Below, piece after piece: positions 57,186 to 64,000 of a stretch of 64,000 nt of DNA. The position numbers and the translations under genes are program-made. Location: contig CAXWPH010000015.1 of NCBI GenBank assembly GCA_963666055.2, positions 1,280,001-1,344,000 of the forward strand. Direction: 5' to 3'. How positions within the stretch are numbered: position 1 is the stretch's first letter; each line of letters begins with the position of its first letter. Under the pieces are notes generated by a model. The model saw only the letters and a program-made list of their open reading frames with translations. It was not told the origin of the DNA and searched no databases. Source of the stretch: Acidobacteriota bacterium. GTDB taxonomy: Bacteria > Acidobacteriota > UBA890 > WLXD01.

Positions 57186-58670
57186 CTACGTGCCGCAGAA
57201 AGTCTGTCGCACGACTTGCTCCGGTCGTGGCGGCAGGGCCAGGGGCGATTGGGACGGATCGTACTCAAAGGGCTTTGCCAGACGCTCCACCAGGGCGTGA
57301 AATGGCTTGAAATCACTGTCGGTGGTGGCCACCTCAATCGCTGCTTCCACCAGGTGATTGCGCGGAATAAAGGCCGGGTTGGCGGCGTACATGGATTCCT
57401 GTCGGCCGGCGGGCGTGGTCGGTTCCTTTTCCAGTCGCGCCCGCCAACGCTCCAGCCATGAATTGAATACTTGCGGGAATTCAAAAATCGCGCCGACTCC
57501 TTCGTCGCCCGCGTTCCCGTTGGCGAGGTCAGCCAGGCGCCGAAAACTGAGGGTGAAGTCCACACCGGTCTCTGCCATCACTGACAACAGGTCCTGTAGC
57601 AGGGATTCGTCCTCTTCACCCTCGAGCCGGAAGCCAAGCTTGCGAGCAATGCCCTGCTGGTGGGCATCCAGGAACAAATCGGGAAACGCATCGATGCTAT
57701 CCTGCGCCAGCGTTCCGGCTTGCTCCGGGACTTCATCCAGCAGCGGTAACAGGGTCTGCGCCAGACAGGCCAGGTTCCAATGGGCGATGCCGGGCTGGTT
57801 GCGGTAGGCATAACGGCCGCCGTGGTCAATGGAGCTGTAGACGGTGTCGGGGTTGAAATCATCCATGAAGGCACAGGGCCCGTAATCAATGGTTTCCCCG
57901 GAAAGCAGCGTATTGTCCGTATTCATCACCCCGTGGATAAACCCCACCAGTTGCCAGCGGGCCACCAGTTGTGCCTGTTGGCGTACGACTTCCTGCAGCA
58001 GCGCCTGCGCGGGATTGTCTGCCGCGGCCAGGTCCGGGTAGTGGCGAGCTATCACGTGGGCCACCAGCTTTTGTAGTGCCTCGGTATCCTGCTTTGAGGC
58101 GAAAAACTGGAAGGTGCCAATGCGGATATGGCTTTGGGCCACGCGGGCCAGGACTGCGCCCGGCAGGGCGGTCTCCCGGTATACCGGGTCGCCAGTGGTC
58201 ACGGCCGCCAGCGAGCGGGTGGAGGGAATGCCCAGGGACGCCATGGCCTCGCTGACAATGTATTCACGCAATACCGGGCCCAGGGGGGCGCGGCCATCGC
58301 CACCGCGCGAATACGGTGTGCGGCCCGAGCCCTTGAGTTGGATATCGTGGCGAATACCGTCCGCGGCGATGACTTCGCCGAGCAGTATGGCCCGACCGTC
58401 ACCCAGTTGCGGGTTCCAGCCACCGAATTGATGACCCGCGTAGACTGTGGCGATGGGATCGGCCCCATCGGGAATCCGATTGCCGGCGATGACCTCGGTA
58501 CCCTCCCGGGATGCCAACCAATCCGGATCGATGCCCAGGTATCGTGCCAGTGTCTTGTTGACCCGGATCGGGCCCGGTGTGGAGACGGGCTCTGGCAACT
58601 GGCGCGAGTAAAAGCGCTCTGGCAGGCGCGCGTAGCTGTTGTCGAAGATCGGGCTGGATTGCTGGCTCAT
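57186..58670 (-). CDS. selO: Protein adenylyltransferase SelO (YdiU)
   Basis: YAGHQFG...LGDGRA, QLKGSGRTPYSRGGDGRA, HGVMNTDN and TFCGT. Confidence 0.95.
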   Translation of the reverse strand: MSQQSSPIFDNSYARLPERFYSRQLPEPVSTPGPIRVNKTLARYLGIDPDWLASREGTEVIAGNRIPDGADPIATVYAGHQFGGWNPQLGDGRAILLGEVIAADGIRHDIQLKGSGRTPYSRGGDGRAPLGPVLREYIVSEAMASLGIPSTRSLAAVTTGDPVYRETALPGAVLARVAQSHIRIGTFQFFASKQDTEALQKLVAHVIARHYPDLAAADNPAQALLQEVVRQQAQLVARWQLVGFIHGVMNTDNTLLSGETIDYGPCAFMDDFNPDTVYSSIDHGGRYAYRNQPGIAHWNLACLAQTLLPLLDEVPEQAGTLAQDSIDAFPDLFLDAHQQGIARKLGFRLEGEEDESLLQDLLSVMAETGVDFTLSFRRLADLANGNAGDEGVGAIFEFPQVFNSWLERWRARLEKEPTTPAGRQESMYAANPAFIPRNHLVEAAIEVATTDSDFKPFHALVERLAKPFEYDPSQSPLALPPRPEQVVRQTFCGT

Positions 58671-58692
58671 GAAATGTCGGCCTGATACGCGG

Positions 58693-58959
58693 TTAGCGGC
58701 ACAGCCTGGCCGCGACCTGCCACGCTTCCCGACCGCCGTGCTTGCGTAGCTGCTCCGCCACCCAGGGCGCCTGGGTAGCCGTGATCTTCAGATCCGGAGC
58801 ATAGGGCCAGAAACACTGCGCGTGGAACCTGCGATAGGCGCGACCCGCCTCGCGCACTTTGATCATTGCCCGCGCGGTCTCGGGGCTCAGCTCGCGTCGA
58901 CTGGCCTGACCGCCGCGACGGCCGATCGTCGCCAGATAGTCGCGAATCGCGGGTTCCAT
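58693..58959 (-). CDS. Small protein resembling the partner encoded upstream of AbiEii-like nucleotidyltransferases
   Basis: YLATIGRRGG...AYRRFHAQCFW...LRKHGGREAW; overlapping GTG at 58702 starts an 11-aa stub MPLTAYQADIS. Confidence 0.55.
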   Translation of the reverse strand: MEPAIRDYLATIGRRGGQASRRELSPETARAMIKVREAGRAYRRFHAQCFWPYAPDLKITATQAPWVAEQLRKHGGREAWQVAARLCR

Positions 58960-59289
58960 GCGCACGATCATAACCAGGTTACGATGAGAACCCAAACTCA
59001 TAGAGGCGGTAACCGAGGTACTCGTCAACATTCTCGAGTACGGCATGCATTCGAAGGCGCGATGAAGAGACGGGTCAGCTGCACGGTGTCTCTGATCCTC
59101 GGAGATTGGAATACGCCCAGGGATTTTCCACCCCTCTGCGGAGAGTCGGGACATTGACCAATGGTGCCCCCGCGTAAGAGCCTTCAGGTGGCCTCTGTTC
59201 GCAGGTAGCGCACGGGATTGCGGAAACCCTCGGGCGATGGCTCCTAGTCCACTTACTCAACCATCCTGAAAGTCGCCGGAGGGACCGAC

Positions 59290-59880
59290 ATGAGCAAGCT
59301 GTCCATTGATCGAAGACAGCTCTTGAAGCTGGGCCTCTCCTCGGGGGTGCTTGCCTCTCTGCCGTTCGCTTGCATCTCTTTGACGCAGGATGACTCCGCC
59401 GAGTTGCTCCAGTTCATTAGCGACTCCGACTTGCCCGTCGATGAGACGCGAACCGGCGTCCTGAGCCAGGATGAGTTCGACGCTCTGTCAACTTTGTGCC
59501 GGTACGTGAACCAGGCCTGGGAACTAGATGCCGACATGCCCCTCTATTTCGGCCGCCTAAGGGCGGACCTCCAATTCAAGACAGATGAGGCACCCAGCTA
59601 CTTGACGGAATACGAGAATGCAGTCGAATTGGTCAATCTGCTGGTAAGCAGCACCTCCGGTGTCGAGCAGGCATGGGCATCCCTTCTCTTTTCAGAATTC
59701 GACGTCGAGAATTTCTCGTCCACAAAACTCGGACGTGCCAGGCGCTTTGTCTTCGCCGAATTGATCACTCATCAGATTCCCATGTCGGGCGCCTTCAAGA
59801 GCTTCGGGCTATGGAACTACAGCGGATATTTTGGTGGTGCGTTCACTGCTCCCGAGAGCTACAGGAAAGGAGCCGCCTAG
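59290..59880 (+). CDS. Tat-exported small subunit, gluconate 2-dehydrogenase subunit 3-like
   Basis: DRRQLLK; C-terminal FKSFGLWNYSGY; directly upstream of the GMC gene. Confidence 0.65.
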   Translation: MSKLSIDRRQLLKLGLSSGVLASLPFACISLTQDDSAELLQFISDSDLPVDETRTGVLSQDEFDALSTLCRYVNQAWELDADMPLYFGRLRADLQFKTDEAPSYLTEYENAVELVNLLVSSTSGVEQAWASLLFSEFDVENFSSTKLGRARRFVFAELITHQIPMSGAFKSFGLWNYSGYFGGAFTAPESYRKGAA

Positions 59881-59881
59881 C

Positions 59882-61432
59882 ATGAAGTCCATCATCATCG
59901 TTGGCTCCGGCGTTGCCGGTGTGACATTGGCGAGGCAGCTTCTAAAAACTGAGAACGACTATCAGATCACTATTCTTGAGGCAGGTCCCGACTTCAAGCC
60001 TGGCGATTATCGATTATGGCTTGATCAGGTAATGGCCGACGTCGATCTCTACAGAGAGTTCGTTGATGACCCGAGAGCCGAGAATGAACACTTCGGACTA
60101 CGTGGCTCAAGGCTTTTTGTGAAAGGCGGCACGACCAATCACTGGGGCGGCCTGACGCCGCGCCTTAAACCTGAAGACTTTGAACTAAAGTCCCGTACTG
60201 GTTTCGGGGCCGACTGGCCAATCAATTACGACGATATGGCGCCCTATTATGCGGAAGCCGAGATTCTACTGGGCATTACGGGTGATTCAGAGAATGATGA
60301 TCCACCACGGTATGGTGCGAAATACCCATTCCCACCAACCGCTTTTACCTTAGGTGACGTGCTGATCATCGAGGCCCTCAAAAGCCATGACATATCCTAC
60401 GGGCATATGTCGATAGCCAGGGACGGCAATCGATGTATTACGACAGGAACCTGCAATTATTGCCCTGTGAATGCACGATATACGGCTCTCTACGATTTGG
60501 CGCAACTGCAAGATGAATATGACGACAAGCTGACCCTTAAAACAGAATCGCCAGTCACAACAATACTAATGGATGGGAAAAAGCGTACCCGAGGCGTCAG
60601 CTTTCTAAACCTCAAGACGGGTACTCCTGACTCAATGGAAGCTGATGTGGTTATCGTTTGCGGTGGCACGATCGAATCCGCGAAACTTCTGCTTTCCTCT
60701 GCCAACAAGGACTGGACCGACGGTATCGGCAACGACTCAGGGCATGTCGGCCGGCATTTGATAGGGCATCCAGTGATGGACGCCTCAGGCGTTCGGCCAG
60801 GAAACCCGGACAAACTCGATGGGGAACTCGGATTTTCCTCTCTGATCAGCCGACATTTTGATTCACCGGAATATCAGCACAAAGGCAAAATGTGGTTTTC
60901 TGGGGGTGTCGGTGCAAACTCCTCTCTAGAAAGGCAAATCCTTTCAAATGTTTCGCGGGCTGATATGGATGCAAGTTTGATTTCTGAGATGAGAATCTCT
61001 TTGGGCGGTGAAATGGAGCAATTCGAAAGCCCGGAGAATCGAGTCAGCTTGGGACGCGGTACAACGAGACACGGTCTTCCCACCACAGAAATCGAGGTAG
61101 GCGTTCACGAAATCAATATCAAGACCCGACAGGAACATATGCAGACGTTTGTTGAGATACTGAAAACCGCCGGGTGCAAGGAAGACGGTATCGAAGGTAA
61201 CGTTAGAGATCCTGACGGAGCCCATGCATCGTCAACCTGCCGCATGAGCAGCTCCGATGGAGACGGTGTCGTCAATCCTGATTTACAGGTTCACGGCACG
61301 GATAATCTCTATGTATGTTCGAATGCTGTGTTCCCCAGTATTGGAGCAGCTAACCCGACGTTGACGGTATCGGCGCTTGCCGCCAGATTGGCGGAACATA
61401 TTGGTGCCGGCGGCGCCGATGAGGGTGCCTGA
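59882..61432 (+). CDS. GMC-family flavin oxidoreductase
   Basis: IVGSGVAG, GGTTNHWGG, C...G.C..CP, HASSTCRM and ANPTLT motifs; AT-richer. Confidence 0.92.
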   Translation: MKSIIIVGSGVAGVTLARQLLKTENDYQITILEAGPDFKPGDYRLWLDQVMADVDLYREFVDDPRAENEHFGLRGSRLFVKGGTTNHWGGLTPRLKPEDFELKSRTGFGADWPINYDDMAPYYAEAEILLGITGDSENDDPPRYGAKYPFPPTAFTLGDVLIIEALKSHDISYGHMSIARDGNRCITTGTCNYCPVNARYTALYDLAQLQDEYDDKLTLKTESPVTTILMDGKKRTRGVSFLNLKTGTPDSMEADVVIVCGGTIESAKLLLSSANKDWTDGIGNDSGHVGRHLIGHPVMDASGVRPGNPDKLDGELGFSSLISRHFDSPEYQHKGKMWFSGGVGANSSLERQILSNVSRADMDASLISEMRISLGGEMEQFESPENRVSLGRGTTRHGLPTTEIEVGVHEINIKTRQEHMQTFVEILKTAGCKEDGIEGNVRDPDGAHASSTCRMSSSDGDGVVNPDLQVHGTDNLYVCSNAVFPSIGAANPTLTVSALAARLAEHIGAGGADEGA

Positions 61433-61526
61433 CCCGAACCGGGTGGCGAAGATCGTTAAGACACATAACCACAGCGAAAGCCTGCGGCCGGCAACGACGA
61501 AGTCAGTGCTGTCGCGGATGTTGCGG

Positions 61527-61558
61527 CTAGCAGGCCGTGGTGAAAGTGTGGTGGTTCT
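61527..61558 (+). mobile_element. CTAG plus IS5/IS1182-like end
   Basis: Near-identical to 52457-52488. Confidence 0.65.
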
Positions 61559-61569
61559 CCGCGGCTCGG

Positions 61570-63312
61570 TCAGCGGGAAGGGCCGGCATCGCTTGGTGAA
61601 GCCGGGACAGGCGCCGTGTACACCAACTGTCCACCGACGACCGTCATGTCGACCTGCACGGTGTGGATCTCCAGGGGATCCCTTTCAAAGAGGTTGCTGT
61701 CCAGAACGACGAAGTCAGCCAGGTTGCCTGCCGAGAGCGATCCTCTCGTGCGGTCGGCGTGCATGAGATAAGCCCCGGCGCTGGTGTAGGCGACGATCGC
61801 TTGCTCCAGGCTGATTCTCTCCTCAGGAATCCAGGCGCTGTCCTCATTGCCGGCGAGATCTATGCCGCCGGGATAGCGGTGGGTGGTAGCGGTCTCGAGG
61901 CCGTCGAGGGGTGAAACTCCGGTGACGTCCCAGTCCGAGCCCCAGGCGATCATCACCCCCGAGCCCAGGAGCGTTCGAGTCTGGAAGATACGCTGGCTGC
62001 GCTCCGGCCCGAACAGACGTGGGGCAAACACCGTTTCCCAGGCGTCACCAAGGCTCCACAAGGGGGTCATGTTGGCGATCACACCGAGGGTCCTGAACCG
62101 CGGGATGTCGGCGGCGTCGATCAGACACAGGTGGGCGATTGTGTGCCGGTTGTCGCGAAAGCCGTTGTGCCGACGAGCCTCGGCAAAGGCATCGAGGGCG
62201 GCACGCACGGCGCCGTCGCCTTGAGCGTGTGCGTGCACCTGAAAACCCTCGGCGTCCAGGCGGGTGACAAGACGATCGAGTCGGCTCTGTTCGATAAAAA
62301 GCTCACCCTTACCGTACCTCTTCGGATCGTCGCTATACGGCTCGAGTAAGACCACCGTGTGAGACCCGTAGGCGCCGTCGAGAAAGAGCTTCACGCAGCT
62401 AGCCCGTAGCCGGCGACCGGCAAGCTCGGCGCGTTGGGTCAGGAACGACCGGATCTGAGCGTCATCGTCTTCGGCGGGGCTGTGGGGCAGACACAGGTTG
62501 GTGCGCTGTTTCAGTTCGCCGCGCTCGTCCAGCGTCTTGTAGGCGCGCGCGATCTCGGGAGTGGCCATGGCGTCTTCGAGCGCCGTAATGCCCAGTCGAC
62601 TCATTTCCTCCAGCGCCGCCGACAGATTCAGCACGCGCGCCTCGGCCGTCAGCGGCGGAATGGCGGCGTCGACCAGCGCCATTGCCGACTCCTCGTGCAG
62701 TGCGCCCGTGGGCTGACCGTCCGCGTCGCGCTCGATTCGTCCATTGGGCGGGTCAGGGGTATCGGCGTTGATGCCCGCGGCGGCCAGCGCCAGCGAATTG
62801 GCCCAGCCGCCGTGGCCGGAGTTGTTAACCAGATAGGCGGGGCGGTCCGGGACCACGCTATCGAGCATCTCCCGGGTGGGCAGGCCGCTGGGAAGAAACG
62901 CTGTCTCGTCCCAGCCGCCGCCCTCTATCCAGGGTTTCTCGGGACGCGCCTGGGCATACTGTCGGATTCTCTCGAGTACGTCCTGGCGACGAATCAGGCC
63001 GTCGAGCCTTACGTAGTTGGCCGGATTGGGAACCATCCCGGGGTGCACGTGGGAGTCCTGGAAGCCTGGCAGCAGCATGCGCCGCTCGAGGTCGACGACA
63101 CGTGTCGCCGGGCCGACGAAATCGCGCGCAGTGGCATCATCCCCGACATAAGTGATTCGATCACCGGTCACGACCACCGCGGACGCCCAGCTTCGCGCGG
63201 CATCAACCGTGTAAACGGCGCCATTCACGAAAACCATGTCCGCGGGCGAGCCTTCCGGTCCGATGGCCGCCTGGGCCAAGGCGAGCAACGCAACTATGCC
63301 GCGCAACCCCAT
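61570..63312 (-). CDS. Amidohydrolase-3 (YtcJ-like), exported
   Basis: PGFQDSHVH, KLFLDG, HAQGD, HTIAH and GSDW motifs. Confidence 0.9.
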   Translation of the reverse strand: MGLRGIVALLALAQAAIGPEGSPADMVFVNGAVYTVDAARSWASAVVVTGDRITYVGDDATARDFVGPATRVVDLERRMLLPGFQDSHVHPGMVPNPANYVRLDGLIRRQDVLERIRQYAQARPEKPWIEGGGWDETAFLPSGLPTREMLDSVVPDRPAYLVNNSGHGGWANSLALAAAGINADTPDPPNGRIERDADGQPTGALHEESAMALVDAAIPPLTAEARVLNLSAALEEMSRLGITALEDAMATPEIARAYKTLDERGELKQRTNLCLPHSPAEDDDAQIRSFLTQRAELAGRRLRASCVKLFLDGAYGSHTVVLLEPYSDDPKRYGKGELFIEQSRLDRLVTRLDAEGFQVHAHAQGDGAVRAALDAFAEARRHNGFRDNRHTIAHLCLIDAADIPRFRTLGVIANMTPLWSLGDAWETVFAPRLFGPERSQRIFQTRTLLGSGVMIAWGSDWDVTGVSPLDGLETATTHRYPGGIDLAGNEDSAWIPEERISLEQAIVAYTSAGAYLMHADRTRGSLSAGNLADFVVLDSNLFERDPLEIHTVQVDMTVVGGQLVYTAPVPASPSDAGPSR

Positions 63313-63408
63313 TTCGGGAGCCTCCAGTAGGCAAGTCCCGTGAGTACAGGACCGGTATTCGATCTCAAAGGGGCGATAGGCGGACCTGCGCACCAGCGCT
63401 GCGTCCAC

Positions 63409-63580
63409 TCAGGGCGAAGAAAACTCGTAGATCACATCCTTGAAAGACCCCGCCTGGGAAGACATAGAGTAGCCGAAACGAGTCCGATCCTGTGCTTCGC
63501 GCGCCATGCCACGCGCTGCCAGGAATGAAGACGGCGGATCCCGGTTTCACCGCGTGCTCCACTCCGGAGATCACGATGAT
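63409..63580 (-). pseudogene. Cupin C-terminal fragment
   Basis: VKPGSAVFIPGSAWHGARSTG...LLYVFP; no start, frameshift near the end. Confidence 0.6.
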
Positions 63581-63622
63581 TGCTCGCGGGGATTGCGGTT
63601 CGATAGGAGAGCGCCGACCGGG

Positions 63623-64000
63623 CTACGAGCCGATTCTGCCCCGCACCAGGACCAGGTTGTCCAGCACGAGGCTATCCGACCAGATGAACACCGGGTCGAA
63701 TTCGGGGTCGTCCCAGATGTCGAGGAAGTTGGTGTAGGCGGGTTTATTGTCGACGCCGACCGTTTCGTTGGTGAACGTCCTGGCCCCCGGCCAGTCGTGG
63801 TCGTCGAAGCTCGTGATCACGTCGCCGTCGGCGTCGATCTCGGTGATCGGGATCGCCTCGAGATCGATCTCGGCGCTGCTGGCCAGCATCGTCCCGCCGC
63901 ACTCGTTGTACAGGTCCGCGGCCCTGGGGCCGGTCTCGAACACGGTCGACGCCGGAACAATCCATGTGGTGTCGTCGTGCGCAGTGACGGTGCCGACGGC
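63623..64000 (-). CDS. 3' end of an acidic hypothetical protein; starts outside the window
   Basis: Open frame to the window edge with coding-like codon usage. Confidence 0.55.
   Translation of the reverse strand, partial: AVGTVTAHDDTTWIVPASTVFETGPRAADLYNECGGTMLASSAEIDLEAIPITEIDADGDVITSFDDHDWPGARTFTNETVGVDNKPAYTNFLDIWDDPEFDPVFIWSDSLVLDNLVLVRGRIGS

Noticed and set aside
57186-57200. SelO as a selenoprotein
   Set aside because: It ends TFCGT followed by TAG, the Cys form; it gives no support for Sec usage.
1-64000. Classical integron
   Set aside because: No IntI-like gene and no recurring RYYYAAC...GTTRRRY attC sites seen; the repeats are kinase-, IS- and tRNA-derived.
1-64000. CRISPR array or diversity-generating retroelement
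   Set aside because: No regularly spaced repeat-spacer array, no cas or reverse transcriptase ORF, and repeat mismatches are not adenine-specific.

Overview
GC-rich bacterial accessory region with no core housekeeping genes. The kinase-TM-PD40 receptors, LVIVD/FG-GAP/PQQ-like propellers and M14 peptidase suggest Acidobacteriota (inference). It holds about 30 intact, mostly exported catabolic or beta-propeller genes of visibly mixed base composition, about 10 truncated or fused genes, two complete toxin-antitoxin pairs, one tRNA-Arg(TCT) and three tRNA fragments. The main structure is in the spacers, which repeatedly contain pieces of one ancestral unit: att arm + tRNA-Arg / 24-bp box / 113-bp TIR element / sigma70-like promoter / Ser-Thr kinase start ... 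kinase end (NWFDELKRLVPTDQ*). Remnant ends of IS3, IS5/IS1182, IS6 and IS1380 elements are interspersed. Unrelated cargo genes sit inside or between these kinase 'shells'. In addition, a 31.6-kb segment bounded by gap-free 145-bp imperfect inverted arms splits a tRNA-Arg copy exactly at its 7-nt anticodon loop and carries an intact copy inside. I saw no integrase, intact transposase, reverse transcriptase or CRISPR array. Other leads: two Tat-signal Rieske oxygenases, a possible UGA(Sec) read-through gene, and an 11-bp-periodic operator array beside a wHTH-propeller regulator. All calls are by eye; misassembly of this mosaic cannot be excluded without reads.
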